From: Proteromonas lacertae
Taxonomy: Eukaryota
Assembly: GCA_002245135.1 (NCBI GenBank)
Contig: NGBS01000896.1
Coordinates: forward strand, 62,001-94,524
Length of the DNA stretch: 32,524 nt
Direction: 5' to 3'
How positions within the stretch are numbered: the first letter of the stretch is position 1; the number at the start of each line of letters is the position of its first letter. Under the pieces are notes generated by a model. It searched no databases. It saw nothing but the letters and a program-made list of their open reading frames with translations, and was not told the origin of the DNA. The translations under genes and the position numbers were made by a program. This document shows positions 1 through 14,700 of the stretch, piece by piece.

Positions 1-217
1 GATTTTTCGTTTTCATATGTGAAGCATTCCGGTTAAGTTCGTTGTATTTTTGGGTTAAATATGCACGTATTGCACGATCAGTATGTATTCTGATTTTTTC
101 CATCCTCTGCTGCTCAAGAACTACTGAAGAACCTCCATCTTTCAAAGCGTTGAAATCTAAATCCTTTTTCATGTAACTCTGAACGGCCTTTATGCCATTT
201 TTTATAATTTTACTCAT
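1..217 (-). CDS. 5' part of an unknown host protein, running off the left edge
   Basis: ATG at 217 (minus) opens a stop-free frame to the window edge: MSKIIKNGIKAVQSYMKKDLDFNALKDGGSSVVLEQQRMEKIRIHTDRAIRAYLTQKYNELNRNASHMKTKN. It is divergent from the gene at 389. Not in the ORF track. Confidence 0.6.
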   Translation of the reverse strand, partial: MSKIIKNGIKAVQSYMKKDLDFNALKDGGSSVVLEQQRMEKIRIHTDRAIRAYLTQKYNELNRNASHMKTKN

Positions 218-388
218 TTACTATTTCCAATGAGAAGAAAATTAGATAATTAGAAATGAGTATTTGATAGGCTTTATTAAATAGGCAAAGTATATTAAAT
301 TCAGAATCGAGCTTCTATTTGAAAAACTAAAACGACTATTTTGTTCCCATTAATCCAAAAATAGTATCGTTTTATTATATAAACGATT

Positions 389-2617
389 ATGATAATTCTC
401 ATTTTATTTTTGTTTTTAGATTTTATATGTTGTTTAGATTGTTCAGTAGATAAGAGTATATTACCACTAATTACCTTAAATGAACGAGTGTTTCAGTATA
501 ATATCGTCAATAAAGATGTCAATAAGGCTTACGCTTATGTTAAAGAAAATAGATATTTTACCTATGATGTAAAGAAATTAACATTGGTTCAAAATAAACC
601 CTCATCCTTTAGAATCACTGTTAAAAACAATAGCCTAATATTAGATGGTGAAAGAATATCTATAATATGTTACAATTCAGAAAATTCAGATGATAGTGTA
701 ACTTTATACATAATAGTCACAAGTAATGTTCATCTTTGTGGAAAAGATGATATAGAGGTAGTAGAAGGAATATGTAATGATGATTCATACATGATGATTT
801 CATATAAATATAAAAAGGATTCAACTTGTATTCAATCAGTATTACCTGAAAATGAGACTGTCTCATGTTATAATGAAGAAAATAAGAAAACTCCATCAGT
901 ACTAATGCATGTACTAATGACAGGCGATGGATTTTTATTCTGTTTTCTATTATACAAAATGTTTCAGAATTACGAAATATATCAACAATATATGCCTTGT
1001 TATTACATTGTTTTATATGTAATTGGAGTAATAATGATTACATTATATGAAGCGTTATTATCATTAACCAATGGAAGTAATTCAAGTTGTGATACTGTTA
1101 TATATATCGGTGCATTTGGCTCGACTCTTCAAACATGTTCAGCATTTACATTAGCTCAATATATGTATTATAAAGAGACAAGACAATTAATAGTAAAGAA
1201 TAGCTTAATATTTTTCTTTATTCGTTTATTATTGTCATTTATTTCTCAAATTATGTATATATTTATTAGTTTATATTTTATAATGTTCATAGTGTTATGT
1301 CTATATCAAACAAGTATTACTTTCAATTTGGTAGAGAAGTTGATTTAATAAGTGGTTTAAAATATAAAATTCCATTTTGTGATAATCATCCTGTTGTATT
1401 GATATATGCAGTTCCTGTATATATATATATATATTTATTTATATTTACATTAGATTGTTATAACATTATTAACATTAGTTTATATTATGAAATATGAGAA
1501 TAGAGTCAGACCAGGTTCATTGATAGTATATACATTTCATATTTGGAGAACTGGTTTATGTATATTAACTCTAACCTTTTATCTATCAGAAATATCAATA
1601 TCAAGTAGTTTATATAAAGGAAATGAAAGAATGTATTTTGCTTTAACATTCAATCTTCTTCATATTATGTCTTTATTTGTATTTTTACCACTTGGAACTA
1701 TACAGAAAAGAGAAAATCTAAGGCCACAGATAGCTACGAATATACTACAAGATGATATATATAGAGAATATTTCCGATCCTTTCTAATAGGAGAGAAATT
1801 AGATTATTTATTAGATTTCTGGGAAGATTGTCATTTATATAAGAAATTCACAACCAATCATTTTAAACGAGTTCATTTAATGTTAAAGAAAATCGTTGAT
1901 ACATATATATCATCCAACGCATATAGGCCAATATTAATACCCGATGAAGTAAAAAGAGAGATATTGAAATATAATGAAAATCCAAATGATGGTAATGGTA
2001 CAGAAGTATTAGATAAAGCTATAATGATAGTATATGGTCAATTAGAAAAGAGATTTCCTTGGTTTTTGAAATCTAAATATATCCAATATATTGATGATAC
2101 TTATGAATGGTTAGAAAGTTATAGAGATTATCATAAATCATTGCAATATTCAATAAGAATAAGAATGTGTGAAAATGCTGTAACAGATAGAGAAACAGGA
2201 TTTTCCTATCAAATGAGTCGAGGTAGAATTGCTAATCCAAATAGTTGTTTCCAATTGGAAGATATTCCTTTGATATTTGGTGCTCGTAATAATAATAGAA
2301 ATGTAGAGAATAGTAATAATATAAAGAATAATGAAGTAGATAATGGATTATTAAATCCAATAAATAAAAAAGTGAGTGATTCATCTGAAGCCACTCATGT
2401 TGATTGTCAGAGTAGAACGAATATGTATATACCAGCTACATGTATGAATAATGATTTAATGAGTTCTGGTGGTGGTGGATTTGCAACATTAGGAACAGAA
2501 TTTAGTGTTGCTGCATTTCCTGCTCCATCTTCAAATAAGACAACTGGAAGAAAGAGTAAGAAAACATCTTCCACTTGTATATCTGGAAGGTCGTTTGGTA
2601 ATCCTTCTTCACCATAA
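389..2617 (+). CDS. 7TM receptor-like protein fused to an RGS domain (3 exons)
   Basis: Introns 1255-1292 and 1417-1453 (GTAT..TAG) join ORFs 389, 1297 and 1487 in frame. The product has a signal-like N-terminus, a Cys-containing ectodomain and about 7 hydrophobic segments. The RGS signature follows: YREYFRSFLIGEKLDYLLDFWEDC...IVDTYISSNAYRPILIPDEVKREI...LEKRFPWFLKS. Confidence 0.85.
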
Positions 2618-2783
2618 TATTTTTTAGAATGTGTTTTTATATATAATAGATATTTTAATTATTTATTATTATTTGAGTAATGTTTTTGTGAGAATATATG
2701 ATTGTATCATTATTTATTTATTTATTTTACAAGAAATATGTTATATAATAAAAACAATTAAATTATTATTTCACATATCAATA

Positions 2784-3060
2784 TTAATTATTATCACTAA
2801 CACACCAAACACTTCTACAAAGTGGACATTTTTTGGAAGATAATAACCATTTTTCTATACAATGAACATGGAAACTATGCTTACAACTACCTCTTTCTAT
2901 CACATACAATAGATTTCTATTTTTATATACTAATTCTACAATTACTTCCAGGAGAATTGCATTCTGGACAACAACCATCAAATGGACTTTGACAAATCCC
3001 ACAAAATTCTTCTTTTATATTCCAAGACCAAAAACCAACTCCTTCAAATCTATTCTTCAT
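2784..3060 (-). CDS. APC11: Anaphase-promoting complex subunit 11, RING-H2 (2 exons)
   Basis: ATG at 3060 and a 34-nt intron at 2897-2930 give [74 protein letters not shown]. This has the APC11-type WxW..CGICxxxFDGCCPxC..PG..C..G.C.H.FH.HCI.KWL pattern. Confidence 0.88.
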
Positions 3061-3276
3061 TATTTATATTAAATACTCTATTTTGATACAGTTTTAACAA
3101 TTTTTATACTTTTTATCTTGATTGAGAAAGGCATAGACAAACAAAATCAATTTGAAATTTAAAAAATAACAAACATGTTTGAGAAAATGTATTTTGAAAA
3201 AATGAAAAAACAACAAAAGCAAATGAAATTAGATGAATAAAAAATCAATATAAAATAGTAAATAGATATAAATATG

Positions 3277-5389
3277 CTAATCTTGACGATAGGCTGATAA
3301 TAATTCTATACAACTATCTTTACATTCTAAATCAGCATAAGGATATAATGGAGAAGGTAAATCTTTAACAAGTAAAACAGGAGATGAATTATTATGACTT
3401 ATCCAAAATTCTCTTTTATTCATATCAATAATCACTTCATAAATTGAACCATCTCCATGATTATTGAAATTTGGATTTTTATTCACGATTCTTCCAATAT
3501 GGCAATATCTAGTAATATCTCTACTTTCATCTCCCCATGCAACATAATTACATGTAAATGGTTGCTCATCAATACCAGTTCCAGAATATGTATTATTAGT
3601 TGATAAACCTAAAAACAAACAACTATCTTCACAATATTTATATTTGATATGATAAATTCCACTTTCCATTTTTAAATTTAAATAACAATATACATCACAT
3701 TCTTCAAATGGACAAGTCATTAATTTTCCATTATTTGACACTTTTTTAACATCATCATAACCATTATGATGATATATAAATCTGGCTAATAATAATTCTA
3801 ATGAAATTTTGAATTTATTTTCACTTTGATTATTTTTACAACTTATTTCATATTCTCTCTTTTTATATCCATTATCTACTTTTCCATGAATTATTCCATT
3901 CTCTCTATTTATCATTAAACCATCAGGTAAGGAAGGATTTATCGAAAATTCACATCGATTTCCATCATATGAAGGAATTATAGAGATTTCTTCATTTGCA
4001 TCAAATATATAATCAAATTGAGGATATGAAAGTGAAGTAATTCTTTCTGTTTTTAATTCTTTCAATAATTCTTTATCTTTCATTATTTCACTCATTTCTT
4101 CTTCTTCTTTTAAACTCAATTTATTTTCTTTTATATAATTCACTACTAACTCTTTTGGTGTGTTGTTTAAATAATAATCTTCATTCAACATACTGAAAAG
4201 AATTTCTTTTCCACAATGATCTTCTATTGATGAAATATTCTTTCTATCATCTATAAATAAACATAAACACTTCATGGTTCGATTTCTTTTATTCTCATTA
4301 TATTCCAAACATAATCTATCCAATATATTTCTCTTATCAATATTTGAGATATATTCTATATAAAATATATTTTTAGTATTTATACTTTCGATCTTCATTC
4401 TTTTGTATTTTATTATCATTAATACTATTTCTGTAATCTTCATTTTATTCATTTCAATTAACTTGATAATATTATCATCCAATTCTTCCTGTTTTATCTT
4501 CATTAAACTTTCTTTTTCTTCTTCACTAAATTCTTCTTCTTTATTATCTTCAACATAATTATTCACAACTATATTTTGTATATTTTCATCTCTTATCTCA
4601 TATAAATCGATATAGTTATTTGATTCTATCTTTTTCAATTGGATTTTCATTTCTTTCAACATCTCTTTTTTCTCATTTTCTATTTCATTCTCTTTTATCT
4701 TTTCACAATCGATATCTTCTTCTATTAAACACTTGAAATCATCTTTAATCTCTTCACTATTCTTTTTGGGTTTATACCATTCTAATAATCGATTTAATAA
4801 CCATAACTCACTTCGAATTATCACATCTTTCATGTTTAATATCTCTATCAAATTATTCATTTCTAATCTCAACAAATATTCATTCTTATATAAATATTTA
4901 TATCCTCGCTTTTCTATTTCTATCATTTTCAATTCTTCTATCTCTCTTAAACATCCTGGAAATACATTACATATATGAATTAATTTCATTAATACTTCAT
5001 CATCTATATTATTCTTCATAAATTCATAACAATCATTTATTATCTCTTTTTCACAATAACATAAACAAAACATCAACACTTCACACACATTCTCTTTACA
5101 CATTATCAGTTCACCACCACTGTAGTATTTCTCCATCTCATGATAGCCAATTTCTTCGATTTCTTCATATAACTCTAAAACTCCGACAAACTCACGATCT
5201 AACAACAGTTTCTTTACAGTTTCATTTCCATTCACTAAAATTGATTTGATTGACATTATTCGATTATCTCCAATCTTCACTTCTATATCACCAAAACCAC
5301 TTTTAACCAATTTTCGACACAATCTATCATAAAAATAAATATATTAAATACCCCTCTTCTCTTATGCTTTTATTCACTTTTATTATCAT
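3277..5389 (-). CDS. BTB/BACK-like + putative Ig (He_PIG-like) + SPRY-like multidomain protein (2 exons)
   Basis: ATG at 5389 and a 28-nt intron at 5324-5351 join the 681-aa ORF. BTB-like: GFGDIEVKIGD..YYSGGELIMCKENVCEVL. BACK-like: IRSELWLLNRLLEW. Ig-like: FSINPSLPDGLMINRENGIIHG. SPRY-like end: VIIDMNKREFWISHN...LPSPLYPYADL. Confidence 0.7.
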
Positions 5390-5745
5390 CTTTATGTGAA
5401 TATAAAACAAAAATAACGAAATTTGATTTTTATCAAAATTTTGAATAACCCAAATTTCAAAATGATTTTTATTTCACAAACTGTCTCAATTTCTTGATAA
5501 TTTCAATGTAATTGATTAGATTAGAATGAATGGTGTTAATATTACATCATGGGATAGTTTATAATTCATAATATAAACATTAGTTTGTGATTTGAGAAAG
5601 AAATCTACTAGAGATATGATGGCAATATTCATTATGCTTAAACTCATGTAATGAAATTGTAATTAATATTTGAAAATGTGTTTGATAAGATTTACTTAAT
5701 TAGTTAAATACAAACAAAACAAGAAAGAAATAATTATAATAATTA

Positions 5746-8700
5746 TTAATTACTGTTACTGTCCAAACAATTCAACATCCACATATTGCAAGGGCATAAA
5801 CTCTCAATTAATTCAGTCAAAAACTCTTTCCAGTCCCTCAATGAGTATTTGGTATGACAATATTTTTTAATTATATCTATAGCTTTATTATCACCTTCAT
5901 TCTTCAACAACGGCATAATTGATTGGAAATATGATCGTTTGGGAACAGGGTGTTCAGTTTGAGTTCGAATATATCCATCTTGACCTAACTGATATCCTAA
6001 AAATGCAGTAATACAACAATAAGTATGCTTGATGTTTAGATTTACCTCATAATCATTGTTATTATTAGTTATATCTTTATTATTATTAGAATATTTTAAA
6101 TTGGTACTACTTGAACTACTGGATGAGAACAATGAAGTTAATAAATCTGGTCCTTTCACTAAATCATATAATTTAACTAAAAATTTGGATAAGTATGTAA
6201 AATTATCTTGAGAATGAACCATATTATCAGTTATTCTTAATATCTCTATATATTCTGAGATTAATATAATATCATAGTTTCTTTCATCCATTTCGATTGA
6301 TATATCATTTACATATATGTTTATTGCTTTAAGTATTTCGCCATTCTGAATATTTGATGGAGCTATTTATATAATATAATATAATATACTTTCGAATTTT
6401 CTTAATAGAATTATCAAGGTTAAAATATAATTCTTTTTCAAACATTCAGTTATAATTTTTCTTTCTAATTTTTCATTAATATGAATATAATTACATAAAC
6501 TAGACCAATTACCATTTCTCTATAGTACAATATAAATATATATAATTATACATTACAAAATCCATATAAACTATATTCAATCAACAAGGATATTAAACTC
6601 ACTTTATTATTGGGTAAATTCTCCACAATTGAGTTTATATATAATAACAATATATTGGGAGAAGATCTTATATTATTTAAATACAATGCACCAAGGATTG
6701 TCAAAATTGTATTATTCTCATTTTCACTTACATCCATATTACTAGTAAGATTAGACAGAATTGAATTGTAATTATTTATATATAATTTACACTTTTCCCA
6801 ATTAATATCATTTATATATAAGTAACATTCACAACTCTAAAATACATAAATAATAATAATTATTATTATATACATTAATAACAGATATTTCCAACTCAGT
6901 AATAGCATCTCTTGGTAGTGGATTTCGATTTCTCAATATTAATAACTCAACAAATGGTAATAGTTTATTGATATTCTCTAACAAGATTTTTGGTGGTAAA
7001 ATATAAGATCGTGATACTCTTGAATGGTAAGTTAATGATCCAGGATTCATTGTATTCTGTCGAGGAGATTTACTAGTCATATTTGTACTCATTCTTCTTA
7101 ATCGAATATCTTCATTGGTAAGAGTTTTGTTGTTGTTGTTGTTGTTGCTATTAGGTAAAGATGATAATACAGCTGAAGATGTTTGTGGTTGAAGTAATAC
7201 TGATCTTGATATCCATTGGTTAAAAGTATATAATAATCGATTATATTTCAATATTACTGCTCTGATTATATATTTTGGTAATTGCTCTAGTTCATTCGAT
7301 CTTTGAGCCAATATAATTGGTCTGAGTGTTATGTAATACAATACATCTAATAATCTACTAGATAAAGTATAAACATCTATTGATTTTGTATTGGATTTAC
7401 AATAATCTGTAAATATTTGTGGTAATTCAGTTAGAAGGCTTGAATAAGAGTTGATGTTTATATGATACCATTTGAATTCATTATCACAAATCACTTCTAT
7501 AGAAATAATAATAATAATAATAGATATACTAACTAAACTATCTGCATCAGTACTTTTCAAATCTTCATTATATTTCAAAGAATCATTACTACATATTAGA
7601 TGTAATATGATTCTAACAAATGATATAATATATTTAGATGATGGATAATTATCTATTTAAATACATAAATATAACATAGAAAAACAATACGATTTTCTGA
7701 TTTTTCATCCATATCATTTAACTGTTTTGATAAACTTCCATAATTTGCTTTAATAATTGAAGTTCTAATGATTGATGTATAGAATGGTAAAAACTTTGAT
7801 AATAATGAAGATAATGTAATAACATCTAATTGAGTAGGAATCCATAAATTCCATTTGATTTTGGATAAATAATTTAATAATATTTTTGTACATTGACTCT
7901 TTAATGCTAACATTGTATTGGAGGATAAGAAATCAGTTAAAAACCAACCGAATGGTGTAAAATATTTAGTGGAAAGTAATTTTGTACTTTCACTTAATGT
8001 TACTGTTAAACTATCACATATTAATTGCAAAGAAAGTAATAATAAATCTGAAGAAATATCAGCTTTTTGTCTATAAATATAATAAACAATAAATCAATAA
8101 TAATACAATAAAGCAAACCAAAAGTTATATATATTTCCTATACTCCACTTCCATCCATCAATTACACTAAAATATTCATCCAAATTCTCTTCATTTTCTT
8201 TTATTTTTATACTCCAAACAGGTCTGCTCATTAAATATAATACAATATGTAATAACACTGGAGTTATATCTTCAGTAATATAACTTGTTAATACTTTGGA
8301 TATTTCTACAGATGATTTCTGCATTAATCTTGAGAGAAATTTGGTGAATAGTTTTATACAGTCAATTATATGGTATAATTCGAGATTGATTTTATCTTCA
8401 GATTGAGTGAGAATGTGATAGACAATTTCCCATATTTCTATATATATATAAGATGATAATAAAAAGTGAAAGACAAAATGAAATTACAAATAAATAAAAG
8501 TATATATACTTGATTGCATCGGTTCATAAAATCCACTTCTTAAACTATGTAATAATATTGTATCACATCTACAGTCTTGATATTCAACATGATAACCCAA
8601 CAAACTACCAAATATATGAACAATTCCTTCAGGCGGTACTAAATATAAAGATGTCTTTAATAAACCTAATAAACAGTTATAATAATCAGGATATTCTTCA

Positions 8701-11700
8701 TTGTTACAATCTCTTAAAGATCTGATGATTAGATAGATTAAATGTATTCTTAAGTTCATTGTTGGACAGTTTTCAATCCATTCTTTGATCTTGAATCTGT
8801 TTAATAATTGAATTGAACGAAGTGAACCAAATACACTGAAATTCTATTTATAAGATAAATATATTATTACATACTCTTAAAATCATATCTAAAAAAGCAA
8901 TAAACTGTTCAGTATCTTTTGAATCAGGATAAAATGCAGATTGCATAATATTATACTTCGCTGGATTACATACCATCAACTGTAATATTTCCACTGGACT
9001 TTTATTATATAAATTACCACAACATTTACCTAATGCAAATATCATATCATATAATTCCTTTAAACATGGATAAAAGAACTCATTATCAATTATAGAAGTC
9101 AATATTCTTTCAATTTCTAATAATATTTCTAACCACTTTTTACCTTCTCTTTTCATATTATTCTGTAATTGAGATGAGTATTTATTCTCTTTATTCTCTA
9201 TAATATCTATCATTTTGTTCACTAAATCAATATTTGATAACATTACAACAGCTATTTCATACATTTCATGTGGTGCATAGCCGTATAAACTTGGCTGAAT
9301 CTCAATCCATTTCTTCCAGTTAACTCTAAACTCATTAATTATGTCCAAATCAATTTGGAACTTATAATATGAATATAATAATTTAGCTGGATCTGTACAT
9401 TGTTTTCTACCACAATATCCTTTTAATAATTCATGTTTTTGATTTACTGTGTAGAACTTAGAAGCTAAATCCCACATATTATCTTGTATTTGATATAATT
9501 CATTGTAATTCTTATTTGATTGGATAATTGAACTTCTTAGTAACTTTAATAGTTTCAAAATATCAACAACTATTGGCTTATCACTATTTAACTGTTCTTC
9601 ACTCCAATTTTCAGCATTTTCGAATTGAACATTCTTTTTCAATGTTTCTATATTATTGAATGGTATTGGATACTTGATTTGTGTCTCTAATGGATAAGAA
9701 TCTAAGTTTCTATTCACCAATATATTGGATCTATTTATATCATCAATATCATTACCACCATTTTTGTTTTCATTATCTTCATTTTCATCATCACTTGGCA
9801 TAATATTATTCGATTTCCATAAACACTCAACAACACTCAATGTTTTATCATCTAAATATGAATAATTCAATTCAAATATTGCTGATAACATCTTTCCATT
9901 TGTTGGTGAACAATTACTTGACATTATTGGAGTAGAAGATGATGAAGAAACAGGTGAAGTAATATTTGTATTTATACCAGAAGTAGTTAACTTAATATTA
10001 CATAATTTAAACAATAAACTTTCACTATCCAAATCTTCCACATGAATCCAAGAGCCAGGATCACCATTTCTTAACCATTGTAACATATCATAATACATAT
10101 CATATAACATCTCATAATGTCGTCTTTTATTCATATATATATTCTGCTCTACTGTTAACTCTGTCTCTGATAAGTCACTTAATGAATTCTCACTATCTAC
10201 TGAATGTAAAGACACTTGAGGACTTAAATTACTTTCAGTTCTTGACGGTTCATTCTCTATTCCACTGATTGTTATACTATTGACTATAACTTCACTATTA
10301 TTTGCAGTGTTATTATTATTATTATTATTATTTTGCAGATTATTGTTTAGATTTTGAGTTGCATCTAAATTATCAAGTAATTTCTTATACTCATCAACAC
10401 AGGTATTAAACTTAATCATCAATTTCTTTTTATATTGTTGAAATGGACTTTGTTTTTTACCTCTTATAAAGAATAAATGACCATAATATCTACTATGACC
10501 TTTATGACTGGAAGAGGAGAAATATAAGATGAAGAATATTTGACAAATCAACGGAAATAATGGAGAATCATATGAATATAATATTATATATTGTGCCCAA
10601 GTATAGATTCTGAATTCATCAAAATTATCATAGTGTTTATGCAAGAATAAACTTGGTGCAGATATCTTAATATCTGGTTCAATGAGTGTATAATGATTTA
10701 TTAATTTTCCACCTAATTGATCTATATCATGTACAATCATGTTATTACACATCACTTTGCCAAAATATTGGTATAAATCATATTCTTGAATTGTTTCCAT
10801 GTATAACAGTATAAATGAGGCATAATTATTATTGATTAGTAAATTAACTAATTCTGTATTTGAATTTAAAATGGGTATTAATTTTCCCCCAACTATCGCT
10901 TTTCAATATTAAAGATGGATATTTCTTAGTATAAGTGATATTATTATATAAAAACGGTTGGATTATACAGTATAACTGATCACATAACTCTTGTAATGGT
11001 TCATTTCGATCTAATTGTTGTTTACTATAAATAGCTGCTTTGGTTAATATATCAATGATTTTGAATATATAAATAGAAGCAGATGAAGATGCTGAATTTG
11101 CACTATTTGCAGATGATGATGATGTAGTTGTAGTTGTATTGATATACCATTTCTGATATGATCTTATTCTTTCCATCCAAAAGCCAATTACATGTTCTGT
11201 AGCTAAGATTGGAATATTATTAATTTTAGAACCAAATGCATTACTATTCATCATATTACCATTTGTAGTATTTTGTGTTGCTTGTAAAATACTATTATCA
11301 AATTCACTTTGATAGGAATAATATAGTTGTAATGATATTAAATGGATTAATAATTTCTCCTTACTTGGATCAACAATATCAGAATTACCATTAACACATA
11401 AGAAATGTTGAATATTGGGGAAATTCAATAAAGCTAAATGTAATGAACTTAAAGTCTGAAAATATTTTCTTAATTGTTCTTGTGCTTCTTTTATATGTTG
11501 TCTATGCCCAGGATTCTTTAGATAATTACATAATATCATAAACTTATCATTATCTAATATCTTTAATCGATGTAGAAATGCTAATTCATTATAACATTGA
11601 TATATCTCTTCAGGAGGTAATGCCATTCTTGCATCTGATATTAATGATCTTGTAGCTAATAATTTCGATGTTAAAATAGGAATACAATCTAATACAATTT

Positions 11701-14700
11701 TATAACCTGCTACAGGAGTTGTTGATTGTAATAATATAGCTAACGGCATCCAGCCTTTTCTTTCACTATAATCTGTACAGGTTAAAATAACATATGCTAA
11801 ACTGGGAGAATGACAAACCTCTTCAAGCCTGTCAGTTTTATTATTGCTGTTCTGATACCAACGGTTTCTTAACGAATCGACATTTCCATTTGTTTCCCAG
11901 AATAATAAAGGCAATTGCTTTTCTCTAGGTGGATTGAGTAATGTCAATCTCAATATCAACTTCATATTCAAATCATCTTTCACTGGTTTACATCCTTTAA
12001 AATAATTATATTTTGCATCAGATATTCCTATTGCAATTGCTACTCTTCTATGCATATTTGCAGGTATAAATAACTTACCCATTTCATTCTCATCATTACA
12101 ATTATTCTCATCGTTTAATAACCAATTCAAATGGCTTAATATATGAAATGCTAAGTTTCGATATATTTCACTATCATTTTCTAACCATTCCAATAATTTT
12201 CCTAATAATTCTTCAGATGGTTTCCAATTAATATAATGAATAGATTTTATTAATGAATTCAAATCATTTGAAATATTTGCAAAGTTATAAGTTAACACTA
12301 AATTCATAAAAAATTCGATTGTTTCTGAAGTATTAAATATATTTATCATTGATCTTAATAGATTATTGATAAAATAAATATCAATTGAATTATTCTTCGT
12401 TATTGGCGATATATAACATACATAATATAATAAATGGACAATTATAAAATAATAATCCGTTTCTTTTTGATTAATAGATAATTTGCTCAATAGTAAGAAT
12501 AATGTATTGTTATAGTCTTTACTATTTTTGATAATATGATTTACAAAACTTGCAATAATCTCTGGTCTACTTGATAATAAGTGGAAATAAGATGTATATT
12601 TTATATTATTTTGAAATTCTGTTGGTAGTATAATATCATCTCCATTCTCTATATCAAAACTACTACTACTACTACTTCTTATATTATTATTATTATTTTC
12701 ACCATTATTATTATTATTATTGCTAGATATTCTATAAAATGAGAGTAAATAATCATATAATATCTCATAAGATATATCCAATGATAATATTTCAAATGAA
12801 AAATATGATAATGTTTTTACATTAGTAATAAAGTAATTATTTGAAGGTAATATATAATATAAAATCAACCACAATATAAGGGAAGGATAATTAGAATCTT
12901 GCCAATACTGAATACTGTTATTTGATATTTGAATAATAATTCTTAATAAAATACTACTAGTTAATGGACAATCTTTATATTTATTGAAATTCTTACCAAC
13001 CATTTGAATTAAATAATAAACTCTACTGAATCTATCATATTTAGTTATTTTATTGTTTTTTGTTTCATAGAATAATGCTTTTATACCTCTTTCTAATGGA
13101 ATCAGATTGAATATAATTGATATATTCTCATCATATTTCTGTATTGTTTTTAATGTACAATTTGTCATTGATTGGTAGTTCAAAATAGTATAAATCATAG
13201 ATACAAATACATCTAATATTTGGTTTGTAAATATATAATCTTTATTATTGATCATTGGTAGTTGTACAATAGAATATAACCATTCAGATGATCTTAAATC
13301 TGGATAAACCATCATTTGTTTTACTAAGTATAATATATTCACTACATCTTTACTCTCTATAAGAATAGAAGATAATGATAAGATCCATGCTTTCAATGAT
13401 AATCTAAATCTATATTTCCTATATTGATCACTGTTACTTCGATTAATCTGTTGGCTTACTTGAATTACTCTTATTTGTAAAGGAGAATGACATTCTGGAC
13501 AATATTCTATCAATTGTTCTTTATCTATCATAAAACTACAATTATCACAGTAATATTGATTAGTTTCTTTAAGTTGTTCACTGATTATTGATTCTCTACA
13601 GATAGGAGATTCATCTAATTGAATATAACGAGATGTAATAGTTGGGAATATTCTATTCTCAAAATCAAATAAGATTGATAGTAATGTTCGAATAATGGAA
13701 TAATCTATTGTATTATTTTCACTATTATTATTATTATTAGAAAGTGTTTCTGTAATGGTTTTACTCAGATATCTTTCTATAATGGAATGACTATAAACTT
13801 TTGCAAATAAAATTCGAATAAACTAAATTTACAATATAATAGTTTAATATATATATATATATATATATATACTTCATTGGCTCTTTGTTTATGCATTATA
13901 TTCAATACATTCTGACAATGGTCTTTAATCTTCTTATCATATTCTCCTTGGATATTGGAAAATTTAGTATCTATTGGAATTCCACAACCACAACTACCCA
14001 ACGGAATCTTTACATTTTCAGCGGATAATTTCCATAAATGACTGAAATCTTCTTCACATAATATACGTAAGTGGTGTAACTGATCTAATTCATCCTATTA
14101 ACAAAATTATATTAATATATACTTGCAATTCATTTTCAGCTTGTTGATAATCTAATAATAATTTATAAAAGTGGTGTTCCTTTGGAAATGATTCTAATCT
14201 TTCTTTTGCAATATTGATATACTTATTATTGTAATATAATCTTATATCTTTATAGAACTCTATACTCTGATATATATTTTGTGCACTATTCAATGATTTT
14301 CCACTATTATTATCATCATTTTCCACTATTTCATTCTCTAATATGTCATTATATTGGTTTTCTTCGTTTATACTCACTTCAACGGAATTATCTTCCTTCT
14401 TCATTGATTCTTGCTCCATTTCTTCCTTTATTTTCTCTTTCTCCTCTGTTGTAATGTTTAATATACTATCTCCTTCAATTACTTCATTTTCTTCTCTATT
14501 TGCTTTTCTCAATATGGAGGGTGATGATACTCTATCAATTTCTATTAAACATTGTGGTAAATCCTCTGAATAAGTAAGATACTCAGATTGAGGTGGCTCG
14601 GTTAATATTGGACGACATTCTGGTGGAATATTTGGTGGTAAGATTGATGTTGGAATTTGTGGACTAACTGGTGTGTTAGCAGCTGAAACAGAATCAACAT

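Noticed and set aside
2631..2843. 70-aa hydrophobic plus-strand ORF
   Set aside because: It is AT-rich intergenic sequence between convergent genes with a non-ATG start and Ile/Tyr-biased composition; probably spurious.
7127..13872. AAT/AAC/TA microsatellites
   Set aside because: They are ordinary poly-Asn tracts in coding sequence and TA runs in introns of an AT-rich genome.
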